A program made the position numbers and the translations under genes. A stretch of 64,000 bases of DNA from positions 5,053 through 69,052 of the forward strand of contig CAWDKS010000008.1 in the NCBI GenBank assembly GCA_963802965.1, written 5' to 3'. The stretch is from an uncultured Verrucomicrobiae bacterium. Its GTDB lineage: Bacteria; Verrucomicrobiota; Verrucomicrobiia; Limisphaerales; UBA11358. This document shows positions 18,734 through 28,174 of this stretch, piece after piece. Positions within the stretch are counted from its first letter, which is position 1. Each line of letters starts with the position of its first letter. The notes beneath the pieces are model-generated. The model saw nothing but the letters and a program-made list of their open reading frames with translations, made no database searches and was not told where the DNA came from.

Positions 18734-19984
18734 ATGTCTGACGCCCAATTCATGCGCCTCGCCCTCCGGCTCGCCCGGCGCGGCTACGGCGCGACTTCGC
18801 CGAATCCGATGGTCGGCGCGGTGCTGGTGAAGGGCGGAAAAATCATCGGACGCGGCTGGCATCGGCGCGCGGGCTTGCCACACGCGGAAATCGAGGCGCT
18901 CCGCAACGCGCAGAAGCGCGGCCACAATCCGCGCGGCGCGTCGCTTTACGTGACGCTCGAACCGTGTTCCACGCACGGTCGCACGCCGCCTTGCACGGAC
19001 GCCATCATCGCCGCCGGCATCAAACGCGTGGTTGTCGGCGCGGTTGACCCGAATCCGGAACATTCGGGGCGTGCTTTCAAAATTTTGAAACGCGCGGGAA
19101 TTGAAATGGTAGGGTCATCGCGTCCACCCTCCGCAGTACTGCTACGGAGGACGCGCTGCGATGACCGGACGGCGCAGCGCGCCGTCCCCACCCGGCTTGC
19201 CGACGAATGCGCCCGGCTCAATGAGGCCTTTAACCACTGGATTGTTTATCGCACGCCGTTCGTCATGGTCAAAGCGGCGATGACGCTGGATGGCAAAATT
19301 GCCACGGCCAGCGGCGAATCGAAATGGATCACCGGTGAAAAGGCGCGCACTTGCGCGATGAAACTACGCCAGGGCAGCGATGCGGTCCTCGTGGGCATCA
19401 ACACAATTTTGGCGGATGATCCGTCGCTGACTGTGCGGAGCGTAACGCCGAGCACCGTCTCGGCTCGAAACGAAGCCATGCCGCAACACGCCGAGGCGGT
19501 GCTTGGCGCTCCGGGATTGCGCCGGATCGTTCTGGATTCGCTGGCGCGAACGCCGTTGAAGGCGAAAATGGTGAGCGACAAATTCGCCAGTCTGACCACC
19601 ATCGTTGTAAGCAAACGCGCGCCCCAAAACCGTGTCACGGCGCTGGCGAAACGCGCGCGTGTCATCGTCGCCCCTCTGGCCAAATCGGCAACCGGCAACC
19701 GGCAACCGGCAATTGACCTGCGCTGGCTGTTGAAAAAGCTGGGTGGGGAAAACGTCACGAGCCTGCTGGTCGAAGGCGGCGGCGAGGTCAACGCGTCGTT
19801 CCTGCTCGGCGGCCTCGCGCAGCGCGCGGCGTTTTTTTACGCGCCGAAAATTCTGGGCGGACGGGATGCGCGGAAGGCCGTGGCCGGCGACGGCGCGAAA
19901 TTCCTGGCAGAAGCGCTCCCGCTTCAGGACGTGGAATGGAAACAACTCGGCCAGGATTTATTGCTGATGGCGCGGGTGGAGTAA
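18734..19984 (+). CDS. ribD: Bifunctional riboflavin deaminase/reductase RibD with three repeat-derived insertions
   Basis: SPNPMVGA, HAE, TLEPCSTHGRTPPC, TLDGKIA, SKWIT, LLVEGG; start at 18734 follows TTGAGC-N17-TACGCT. Confidence 0.95.
   Translation: MSDAQFMRLALRLARRGYGATSPNPMVGAVLVKGGKIIGRGWHRRAGLPHAEIEALRNAQKRGHNPRGASLYVTLEPCSTHGRTPPCTDAIIAAGIKRVVVGAVDPNPEHSGRAFKILKRAGIEMVGSSRPPSAVLLRRTRCDDRTAQRAVPTRLADECARLNEAFNHWIVYRTPFVMVKAAMTLDGKIATASGESKWITGEKARTCAMKLRQGSDAVLVGINTILADDPSLTVRSVTPSTVSARNEAMPQHAEAVLGAPGLRRIVLDSLARTPLKAKMVSDKFASLTTIVVSKRAPQNRVTALAKRARVIVAPLAKSATGNRQPAIDLRWLLKKLGGENVTSLLVEGGGEVNASFLLGGLAQRAAFFYAPKILGGRDARKAVAGDGAKFLAEALPLQDVEWKQLGQDLLLMARVE
19108..19192 (+). repeat. Family A REP doublet with a nested 33-nt palindrome, in frame in ribD
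   Basis: 52-nt family A element plus CCTCCGCAGTACTGCTACGGAGG inserted in the first loop. Confidence 0.85.
19436..19513 (+). repeat. GGAG-type palindrome in frame in ribD
   Basis: CGGAGCG..CCGAGCACCGTCTCGGC ... GCCGAGGCGGTGCTTGGCGCTCCG. Confidence 0.75.
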
Positions 19985-20027
19985 ACACGGCTCGACGGAG
20001 TCTCGCCCCACCGTTAAGGTGGTGAGA

Positions 20028-20639
20028 ATGTTCACGGGCATTGTTGAAGAAGCTGGCATCGTCGAGCGCATCAAACCGGCGGCGAAATCCATTGAGCTGA
20101 CCGTCCGCGCCAACGTGACGGGCCGCGGTCTGAAACCCGGAGGCAGCCTCGCGGTGAACGGCTGTTGCCTCACCGCCGTAAAAGTTTCCACGCGCGGCAG
20201 ATTCAAACGGGTTCAATTTGATTTGCTCCAGGAAACGTGGCGGCGCACCAACCTGCAATTCGCGAAAGCCGGTTCGCTTGTGAACCTGGAGCGGCCGTTG
20301 CGGGCGGACGGCGAGTTCGGCGGTCATTTTGTGACCGGCCACATTGACGGCATCGGCAAAATCATCCGCTGGGAACGCGCCGCCCGGGACCACGTGCTCG
20401 ACATCGCCGCGCCGGCGGAGGTGATGCGTTACGTCATTTTCAAAGGCTCGGTGGCCGTGGACGGCATCAGCCTGACGGTCGCGGGCGTGGGCAAAAAAAG
20501 TTTTCGCATCTGGATCATTCCGCACACTTACGAAATCACGGCGTTGCGCGAGCGCAAAGTCGGCGACGCGGTGAACCTCGAAGCCGACCTGCTTGGCAAA
20601 TACGCGGAGAAATTTATCGCGGCGCGTGGCGGGCGTTGA
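20028..20639 (+). CDS. ribE: Riboflavin synthase
   Basis: MFTGIVEE, AVNGCCLT, VNLER, GGHFVTGH, KGSVAVDGISLTV. Confidence 0.95.
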   Translation: MFTGIVEEAGIVERIKPAAKSIELTVRANVTGRGLKPGGSLAVNGCCLTAVKVSTRGRFKRVQFDLLQETWRRTNLQFAKAGSLVNLERPLRADGEFGGHFVTGHIDGIGKIIRWERAARDHVLDIAAPAEVMRYVIFKGSVAVDGISLTVAGVGKKSFRIWIIPHTYEITALRERKVGDAVNLEADLLGKYAEKFIAARGGR

Positions 20640-20643
20640 AGTT

Positions 20644-20728
20644 TGGTGCGCATAGCAGGACTTGAACCTGCACGGGTTGCCCCACTACCACCTCAAAGTA
20701 GCGTGTCTGCCAATTCCACCATATGCGC
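20644..20728 (-). tRNA. tRNA-Leu(GAG)
   Basis: GCGCATATGGTGGAATTGGCAGACACGCTACTTTGAGGTGGTAG...GGTTCAAGTCC...GCGCACCA; long variable arm; encoded CCA. Confidence 0.95.
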
Positions 20729-20804
20729 ATCCGGCTCAATAATGAAGCAGGCAGGAGCACGGCACGCAAGGCGATTTTGAATCGGGAAACGGCCGTTCCA
20801 ATTT

Positions 20805-22010
20805 TCAATCAAAAATATGCTGCCAGCCGCGCCATTGGGAGGGTTGCGCGGAATGGAAACTCTTGCTGCGCAAAGGGCCGAGGTCAAGTTGCATGAGCAG
20901 GCCGACGCTGTTCGCGCCGCGCCCGTGCGAGCGGATGGCGTCAATGCCGTAGGCGTAATTCAGCATGATTTTCCAGCGGTCGGACTGCGAGTGATATAAA
21001 ATGCCGCCGCCCACGCCGTTGAGCCAGTTGCCGGGTTGCGATTCGCCGGGCAGATAATCCACAAACGCGCTGGCCGCGTTCACGTCAATGTTCCAGCGTT
21101 TTTTTTGGTCGAGCGGCAAAAGGTAATTGGCGTTGAAGAGCACAAACTGGCGCGCGCTGATTTCCTGATAAAAATAGCCGGGCAGCGACAGCGGGAATTC
21201 CGCGATGAGCGGCAGAAATCCGCCGAGCCGGTACGCGCTGAAACGGTCGGCGTCCACGCTCGTGCCGGCCGTCAGGCGGACGTAAAAACTTTGCTGGCTT
21301 TTGGGCAGCGTGTACGCCAGCGCCGCTTCCGCCCAAAACAGATGCGATTGCTCCTTGAGTTCGCGGTCGCCGCCAAAACCATACGCGCCGGAATCGCTGC
21401 GCAGATGGCCTTCATACCAGACGGACAGTTCCATGGCCAGCGGCGGAAACAGGGTCGGTTCGACGCCGCCCCAGCGCAGGCCGGTGCGCACGCTGAAGTC
21501 GCCGTGGTCGCCGGGCAGCGTGAAATTGGTCGCGGTGTTGTCGTCACGGTTGTAAACGGAATAATGCGCCGTGCCGCGCAAAACAAAGTTCAGCGGGATT
21601 TCATCGCCGGGATTGAACAGATGATAAATGCTCGCAGAAATTTCCCCGCCGTTGCCGTCAAACGATTCGTTTTGCAAATATGCGCCGCCGCGAATCTCGT
21701 TGTAGCCGTCCGCAAAACCTCCGCCGGCCACGCCGATGGCAAAATCCGTGTTGGGTCCCAGTCCGCCAACGAAGCCCAGCTCCGAATCGAGATAAACCGG
21801 CGCGAGCGCGAGCCGCAAGGTGAGGTTCGTTCGCAGAAAATCCGGCTGGTTGTGATAGTAAAACGCGTAGCCGGCCAGCGGGGCGCGGCCTTCGAATGCG
21901 GCGTTGTAGCCAACCTGAATCAGATCGCGCTTGACGGGATCAATTTGCGCGGAAGCAAAGGCGGGGGCGAACAACGTCAGCCACAACAGCACGCGCCCGA
22001 ATCTTTTCAT
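20805..22010 (-). CDS. Secreted protein, probable outer-membrane beta-barrel
   Basis: Signal peptide MKRFGRV...ASA-Q; alternating aromatic/Gly-rich strands. Confidence 0.6.
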   Translation of the reverse strand: MKRFGRVLLWLTLFAPAFASAQIDPVKRDLIQVGYNAAFEGRAPLAGYAFYYHNQPDFLRTNLTLRLALAPVYLDSELGFVGGLGPNTDFAIGVAGGGFADGYNEIRGGAYLQNESFDGNGGEISASIYHLFNPGDEIPLNFVLRGTAHYSVYNRDDNTATNFTLPGDHGDFSVRTGLRWGGVEPTLFPPLAMELSVWYEGHLRSDSGAYGFGGDRELKEQSHLFWAEAALAYTLPKSQQSFYVRLTAGTSVDADRFSAYRLGGFLPLIAEFPLSLPGYFYQEISARQFVLFNANYLLPLDQKKRWNIDVNAASAFVDYLPGESQPGNWLNGVGGGILYHSQSDRWKIMLNYAYGIDAIRSHGRGANSVGLLMQLDLGPLRSKSFHSAQPSQWRGWQHIFD

Positions 22011-22107
22011 CGCCGCTTTTCGTAACGTAAACCGGCCCGGGCGGCAAGCGGATTTGGGCAATCGCGCTGGACATGGCGGAGGCTTTGCGGCTTAATGTTC
22101 GGGCAAA

Positions 22108-23907
22108 ATGCCGCCACTGAATCCTGAATTGTTGGCCAAAGCAAAAGGTTTGGGTTTTTCCGACCGGCAGATCGCCCATTTGACCGGCGCCACCGAGGAT
22201 GAAATCCGCGCGCGGCGGAAAAAGCTCGGCCTCGTGCCCAGCTACCGGCTGGTGGACACCTGCGCCGCCGAGTTCGAGGCTTACACGCCGTATTATTATT
22301 CGACCTACGACCGCGGTGACGACGAGGTCAGACAGTCGCCAAAGAAGAAGGTGATGATTCTCGGCGGCGGGCCGAACCGCATCGGGCAGGGAATTGAATT
22401 CGACTACTGCTGTGTGCACGCCGCCTTTGCGCTCAAGGAAGACGGCTTCGAGACCATCATGGTCAATTCCAACCCGGAAACCGTCTCCACCGACTACGAC
22501 ACGAGCGACCAGCTTTTCTTCGAGCCGCTCACGCTCGAAGACGTGCTGCACATTTACGAGCGCGAGCAATGCTGGGGCGCCATCGCGCAATTCGGCGGCC
22601 AGACGCCGCTCAACCTCGCGCTCGGCCTCCAGAAAAACGGCGTCAACATCATCGGCACCTCGCCGCAGGGCATCGAAACCGCCGAGGACCGCAAGCTCTT
22701 CGCCGCGATGCTGGACAAGCTCGAGATTCCGCAGCCGCCCAACGGCATGGCCACCAACGAAGCCGAGGCGCTCAAGGCCGCCAAAAAACTCGGCTACCCG
22801 ATTTTGGTCCGTCCGTCCTTTGTGCTGGGCGGCCGCGCGATGCAAATTGTTTATTCCGACGCCGAGCTGCAGCATTACATGCGCTTTGCGGTCGAGGCCT
22901 CGCCGAAACGCCCGGTGCTCGTGGACAAATTTTTGGAGGACGCCACGGAAGTGGACGTGGACTGCATCGCGGATGTCGGACAGTTCAAAGAGCCGGACGA
23001 GGGAACCATTGTCATCGGCGGGATGCTGGAGCACATCGAGTTTGCCGGTGTCCACTCCGGCGATGCCGCGATGGTGCTGCCGCCGCATGCGCTGGCCAAA
23101 AAGGTCATCGAAACAATCCGCGATTACACGCACGCCATGGCGCGGGAATTAAAAGTCATCGGCCTGATGAACGTGCAATACGCGGTAAAAGGTGACACGG
23201 TCTATTGCCTCGAAGTCAATCCGCGCGCGTCGCGCACCGTGCCGTTCGTATCCAAGGCCATCGGTGTGCCGCTGGCAAAGCTGGCGGCGAAAGTCATGGC
23301 CGGCAGGACGCTCAAGGAACTGGGTTTCACGAAGGAAATCCGGCGGAAGTATTGGGCGGTGAAGGAGTCGGTTTTCCCGTTCAACCGTTTTCACGGGCAG
23401 GACATTTTGCTCTCGCCGGAAATGCGCTCGACCGGCGAGGTCATGGGCCTGGACGCCGACCTCGGCATCGCCTACGCGAAATCGCAAATCGCCGCCGGCG
23501 CGTCCCTGCCGTTGAGCGGAAAGATTTTCATCAGCGTGAGCGACGCGCACAAAAAACAGGTTGCGGCGGTGGCCAGACAATTTGTCGAACTGGGCTTTGA
23601 ACTGGTCGCCACCGGCGGCACGGCGGGCGTGTTGGAAAAGGCCGGGCTGAAAGTTCAGCGCATTTTCAAGCTGGCCGAGGGGCGGCCCAACGCGATTGAC
23701 CTGCTCAAGAACAAGGAAATCCAGTTCGTCATCAACACGCCGAGCGGCGCCACGCCGCGCGCCGACGAAATCAAAATCCGCACCACTGCCGTCTATACCG
23801 GCACACCGATCATGACGACGCTGAGCGGCGCCAAGGCCGCCGTACTCGGCATCGCCGCGCTCAAGAAATCAGGCTACAGCGTGAAGACGTTGCAGGAGTA
23901 TCATTAG
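22108..23907 (+). CDS. carB: Carbamoyl-phosphate synthase large subunit, C-terminal half only
   Basis: GFSDRQIA, VDTCAAEF, LGGGPNRIGQGIEFDYCCVHA, RPSFVLGGRAM, EVNPRASRT and an MGS domain; 599 aa. Confidence 0.9.
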   Translation: MPPLNPELLAKAKGLGFSDRQIAHLTGATEDEIRARRKKLGLVPSYRLVDTCAAEFEAYTPYYYSTYDRGDDEVRQSPKKKVMILGGGPNRIGQGIEFDYCCVHAAFALKEDGFETIMVNSNPETVSTDYDTSDQLFFEPLTLEDVLHIYEREQCWGAIAQFGGQTPLNLALGLQKNGVNIIGTSPQGIETAEDRKLFAAMLDKLEIPQPPNGMATNEAEALKAAKKLGYPILVRPSFVLGGRAMQIVYSDAELQHYMRFAVEASPKRPVLVDKFLEDATEVDVDCIADVGQFKEPDEGTIVIGGMLEHIEFAGVHSGDAAMVLPPHALAKKVIETIRDYTHAMARELKVIGLMNVQYAVKGDTVYCLEVNPRASRTVPFVSKAIGVPLAKLAAKVMAGRTLKELGFTKEIRRKYWAVKESVFPFNRFHGQDILLSPEMRSTGEVMGLDADLGIAYAKSQIAAGASLPLSGKIFISVSDAHKKQVAAVARQFVELGFELVATGGTAGVLEKAGLKVQRIFKLAEGRPNAIDLLKNKEIQFVINTPSGATPRADEIKIRTTAVYTGTPIMTTLSGAKAAVLGIAALKKSGYSVKTLQEYH

Positions 23908-24580
23908 CGCGTTTCAATTTCGCCACGGCGATGTCCGCCTGCCGCGTCGGTTCGGGGATGCGATGGCGCGTGCAGCAGGCCAGAACCAGTTTGATGGCTG
24001 ACGCCAAATCCACGCGCTGCCCGACGCTCACAAACACCGGGCGGATTCCTTTTTGCGTCCGCAGCACGGCGCCGATTTGTTCATCCCCATCCTTGAGCGC
24101 CGTCGTTGCGCCGGCATTTGATGCCAGTTTTCCGAATGTCCCAATCAACCTGCTTTTGGCGACGCCGACCCCGGGTTTGTCCAATTGAATCGCCAGATGC
24201 GATGCGATGCCGCAGCGGCGCGGGTGCGCGAAGCCTTGCCCGTCGAAAAGAATCGCGCCGAATTCGTGTCGTAACGCGCGAATCGCCTGCATCACCGCCG
24301 GGCCTTCACGAAAGCTGAGAAAGCCGGGAACGTAGGGGAATTCCGCCGGCCGGGTGGCGTGCGCGACCTCGATGATGCGATGCGTTTCGCGGTCGTAAAC
24401 AACAGCGGCGGCGAAGACGGTTTGTTTGTCGTTGGAAAACGCGCAATCGGCCCCGGCGACGAATCGCGGCAGCGGTTTCAGCGGTGCGAAAATCATCCGC
24501 TCGCACAGATGCGATTGTTCGGCCTTCCATTTGGCGATGAGCGCGGACCAATCGGGATCGAATTTGCCGCGTAGCGTCAT
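23861..24580 (-). CDS. nfi: Endonuclease V
   Basis: VAGAD, FPYVPGFLSFRE, DGQGFAHPRRCGIASH, GVAKSRL, RIPEPTRQAD. Confidence 0.93.
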   Translation of the reverse strand: MTLRGKFDPDWSALIAKWKAEQSHLCERMIFAPLKPLPRFVAGADCAFSNDKQTVFAAAVVYDRETHRIIEVAHATRPAEFPYVPGFLSFREGPAVMQAIRALRHEFGAILFDGQGFAHPRRCGIASHLAIQLDKPGVGVAKSRLIGTFGKLASNAGATTALKDGDEQIGAVLRTQKGIRPVFVSVGQRVDLASAIKLVLACCTRHRIPEPTRQADIAVAKLKRANDTPATSSRCSLIS

Positions 24581-27500
24581 AGACCCGCTTCCTTTGGCGG
24601 CGCGCGCAACACGCGATAGGTGTGCGTCCAGGGATCAATCCGGCAGGCGGCGCGGTAATCACAATATTCGCAGGGTGTTTCGCTGCCTTTGCGATACGGG
24701 TCCACTTTCGCCACGCCGGAAAAAATCGCGCGGCCCATGTCGCGCAATTGCCTCTCAACGCGGTCGAGCAATTTTTCAAATTCCACTCGTGGCAACGCCT
24801 CGGCCGAACCTTTGCGCAACGAGCCGTCCTTGTTCCGCTGATAGCTGAATTGATCCGCCGCTCCAATGCGGTCCAGTTTCGGCAACACGCTGGCGTCGAA
24901 CCGTCCCGTGTGGCGGTAGGCGCGTTTGCGCGCGGCGCCGGCATCCTCCAGCGCCTCGGCCCGCGTGCTGCCGCTTTCGTATTGGCCGCGCAGGTTCACG
25001 TAAAAAACACCCGCCGGAACCAGACGCGCCACGCCGAGCGCGTCGCGCGGGTTCGCCCAATGCCGGAGCACATTCAAATATGCCAGCAACTGCAACTGCA
25101 CACCATGCTCCAACAATATCGCATCAAGCTTTTTGCCGCTGGATTTGTAGTCCATCACCAACGCCAGCGCGGTATCGCTGCCCGGCTCACGCCACAAATC
25201 CACGCGGTCAATCCGCCCGTGCAGCTCGACCCGGTGGCCATCGCCCCAATCCAATTCCCACGCCGGCGCGCGGGCGCCGTCACCACCGAAATCCAGTTCC
25301 GCCGCCGCCGGGTCAAATTCGTTCTGCTCCCGCAGCCACGTCACCACAACCTCGATGAAATCCTGCAGCGACTCGGTCATCGCGCGCGCCTCGAACTGCG
25401 ACTGCGCCGTGTCGCGCAGCAATCCGCCGCGGAAATTTCCCGTCAATTCAACCGCGATGGCGCGAATTCGTTCCCGCGCTTCGGGCGGCGTCAAATCGCG
25501 CCAACGCGCGCCTTCGGCGGCCAGGCGTTCATGGAAAACTTTCAGCACGTCGTGCTGGAAACTGCCCCGTTCCCGCGCGTCGAGTTCAAAAATCTTCCGT
25601 TCCCCGGCCCGCAAACCGCTGCGGACAAAAAACCGGAACGGGCATTGGGCAAATTCCTCGAGCCGGCTCACCGACGTCTGCAGCGCCGGGCCGAAAAGTT
25701 TTTCCGCCAGTGCCGGCGACAAATTTTCCGCCGGGTCCGGCTCACGCAAACACCGCAAGCTTTCGGCGAGCGATTTCAAGGAAGGCAGTTCGAGCAATTC
25801 GGACCAGCCAACATTTGTAGGAGACGACGTAAGGAGTCGCTTTTTTGATTTGAGCCTCGTTACCTCGGCTCCTACGGAATTTTGAATTTCGACCAGCGGC
25901 GCGGCAATTTCGGCGGGATGCACCACTTCAGCCATGCCAATTTCGCCGCCGAATTCCTCGATTTCCAGTTTGGGAAACAACCGTCGCAAATGTGAAATGA
26001 ACGGCGATGGATTCAGCGTTTTGCCGCCGGCATCGTGGCGGGCGAAGGTCACGGCCAGTCGTTCGCTGGCGCGGGTGCAGGCGATGTAACCGTAGTAACG
26101 TTCGCGCGCCAGCCGTTCCCGCAAATCCGGGCCGAGCGTGACGCCGCCTTGCTCCAATTCATCGCGGTCGGCGTCCGTCAAAATGGACGGCGCGGCGGGC
26201 GCGGCGGGAAAGACGGATTCGTTCACGCCGAGCACGAGCACAAATTTCAAGTTCGGGTTGCGGGCGCGGTCAATGGCGCCGACCAGCACTTCATCAAGCA
26301 CGGGCGGAATCACGCCGACGGTCAGGCTGGCCAAGCCCGCCTCCAAAACCGGCAGCCAGTCGCGCAAGGGCAGCGCTTCGCGAGGGAACGCGAGCGCCAC
26401 GTTGTCCAGCCACACATTCATTTGCTCCCAAACGGTCTGGTGGATTGACGATTGACGATTGACGATTGACGATTGTTCCCGGCCGGCCAGGCTCCAACGT
26501 TCCAGGGTTTTTTCCACGTCAAGTTCGTCCCAGAATTCGCGAAGTGCGTCGGCAAGCTCTCCGCCGGCCGGCTGGTTTTTGTGCTGCGCGAGTCGCGCGG
26601 CGAAATCCCCAAACGGCGGAAGAATTTCTCGGCGCAGCCGTTCCAGCGAATGGTCATCGGTTGGCAGCGGCGCGCGCCATTTTGTGCCGCGCCAGCCAAA
26701 TTCCAGCGCGGCATTTTCGAGCCGGTCAATTTCGTTTTCGTCAACGCCGGAAAACCCGGCCTTGAGCGCGGCAAACCAGTCGTCATGCGGCCAGTCGAAG
26801 GCGACCGTCCGAAGCGCGCTGCGGGTGAGTTCGGCCAGCGGGTGATGCGCGACGGATTCACGGCGGTCCAGGAAAAACGGGACACCATAACGACGAAACA
26901 CGCGCGCCAGCGGTTGGTGATAACTATCGAGGTTCCGCACGAGCACGGCGCAGTCGCGGAACCGGTTGCGGCGGTTTTTGTCACGGACAAATTTCAGAAT
27001 TTCGCGCGCGGCGAAAGTCGCTTCGGCTTCGGGATTCGTGCAGGCGCTCAAGGAGATGGCAGATGGGAGTTGGGAATTGGAGGCTGGCTTCGCCCAGTTT
27101 TCTTCGAGTTGTGCGAGGTCGGAATTTTTGGCAAAGCGCCTTTTGAACGAATCACGTTTAAGAATTTCGATTTTGCCGTCCGGCAGATTTTCAATCCGCC
27201 GACGGCATTGCTGAAAGGTTTTTCCGACCGGCGACCAGATGGAGGGCCACGAAGTTTCCGCTTCAGGCTCGTTTTCGAGGCAGAACGCGAGCGTCGCTCG
27301 CTCGCAATGCGGCAAAATGGCGGCGAGCAAGTCCAATTCCTGCGGCGTCATTTCCGCGAAACCGTCGAGCCACAGGCCGTCAAAGTTGAGGGTTGAGGGT
27401 TGAGGGTTGAGGGTTGCTCGACGCAGCGCGGCGGTGGCAAAACCGAGCAGGCGGTTCGCATCCTGCAATCGGTGTCGGGCGAGCCAGCTTGCGTAAACTT

Positions 27501-28002
27501 CGTCCAGCAGCGCGAGGTCGTGAAGTTTGTCCTGCAGTTCGCGGCGTCCCGCCAGGCGGGAGGCGAGCGCGCGGAGTCTGGCGGGTGTGAACTGGTGTTG
27601 TTGCAGTTCGCCGAGCAACCGGCTGAGTTCCCGGGAGAACCCCGGCCGGCGCGCGCTTCGGCGGAACAGCTTCAATTCCTTCTCGTGCAGCAGCAACAGG
27701 GCGCGCAAGACCATCACGCGGCCTTCTTCGGTGAGCAGTTGCGGCGGCGCGACGTTCAATTTTTCAAGGACAAATTGCGCCAGCCGCTCGAACGAAAAAA
27801 TATGGAGCCGCGTATAACCATCGAACCCCGCCGCTGCGGGATCGGCAAGCAACTGCCGTTCGAGCTGGAACGTGGCCTGTTTGGGCGCGAGCAAAATCAG
27901 CGGCGGACCCTCCGCGCCTTCCCGCAAGGCGGCGCGGATTTCGGCCAGGCAGCGGAACGTTTTGCCGCTGCCGGCGGGCCCGAGAAGAAAGCGCGCTGGC
28001 AC
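24577..28002 (-). CDS. addB: AddB-like ATP-dependent helicase/nuclease subunit
   Basis: GPAGSGKT, SVSRLEEFAQCPFRFF, GRIDRVD, DYKSS, LQLLAY, CEYCDYRAAC (Fe-S staple); GTG start at 28002 inferred. Confidence 0.9.
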   Translation of the reverse strand: MPARFLLGPAGSGKTFRCLAEIRAALREGAEGPPLILLAPKQATFQLERQLLADPAAAGFDGYTRLHIFSFERLAQFVLEKLNVAPPQLLTEEGRVMVLRALLLLHEKELKLFRRSARRPGFSRELSRLLGELQQHQFTPARLRALASRLAGRRELQDKLHDLALLDEVYASWLARHRLQDANRLLGFATAALRRATLNPQPSTLNFDGLWLDGFAEMTPQELDLLAAILPHCERATLAFCLENEPEAETSWPSIWSPVGKTFQQCRRRIENLPDGKIEILKRDSFKRRFAKNSDLAQLEENWAKPASNSQLPSAISLSACTNPEAEATFAAREILKFVRDKNRRNRFRDCAVLVRNLDSYHQPLARVFRRYGVPFFLDRRESVAHHPLAELTRSALRTVAFDWPHDDWFAALKAGFSGVDENEIDRLENAALEFGWRGTKWRAPLPTDDHSLERLRREILPPFGDFAARLAQHKNQPAGGELADALREFWDELDVEKTLERWSLAGREQSSIVNRQSSIHQTVWEQMNVWLDNVALAFPREALPLRDWLPVLEAGLASLTVGVIPPVLDEVLVGAIDRARNPNLKFVLVLGVNESVFPAAPAAPSILTDADRDELEQGGVTLGPDLRERLARERYYGYIACTRASERLAVTFARHDAGGKTLNPSPFISHLRRLFPKLEIEEFGGEIGMAEVVHPAEIAAPLVEIQNSVGAEVTRLKSKKRLLTSSPTNVGWSELLELPSLKSLAESLRCLREPDPAENLSPALAEKLFGPALQTSVSRLEEFAQCPFRFFVRSGLRAGERKIFELDARERGSFQHDVLKVFHERLAAEGARWRDLTPPEARERIRAIAVELTGNFRGGLLRDTAQSQFEARAMTESLQDFIEVVVTWLREQNEFDPAAAELDFGGDGARAPAWELDWGDGHRVELHGRIDRVDLWREPGSDTALALVMDYKSSGKKLDAILLEHGVQLQLLAYLNVLRHWANPRDALGVARLVPAGVFYVNLRGQYESGSTRAEALEDAGAARKRAYRHTGRFDASVLPKLDRIGAADQFSYQRNKDGSLRKGSAEALPRVEFEKLLDRVERQLRDMGRAIFSGVAKVDPYRKGSETPCEYCDYRAACRIDPWTHTYRVLRAPPKEAGL
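25817..25875. repeat. GTAG-type REP doublet, family F, in frame in addB
   Basis: 24 nt (GAGCCTCGTTACCTCGGCTCCTAC) identical to intergenic 50395-50418; peptide VGAEVTRLKSKKRLLTSSPT. Confidence 0.85.
26443..26475. repeat. (GATTGAC)x4.7 heptamer tract in addB
   Basis: Peptide QSSIVNRQSSI. Confidence 0.85.
27385..27416. repeat. (GTTGAGG)x4.6 heptamer tract in addB
   Basis: Peptide TLNPQPSTLN; same unit intergenic at 50740-50767. Confidence 0.85.
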
Positions 28003-28174
28003 AAGGGATTTTTTGTCCAAAATCGCGCGGTCGCAACGCAATTTATCCAAAAAATGGCAAAGGCCGTGCGGTGGGCGGCTGTATTTTTTATTTCCTTTTG
28101 AGCGGGTTGGACTATGATTGCCCGCTGTTGAAAAAATCCGGATTCGATTCAACAACAAACAACATGGAAAGCTT

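Noticed and set aside
23861-23907. 47-nt convergent overlap of nfi and carB
   Set aside because: Most simply a lost stop codon with a short read-through tail; no evidence of function.
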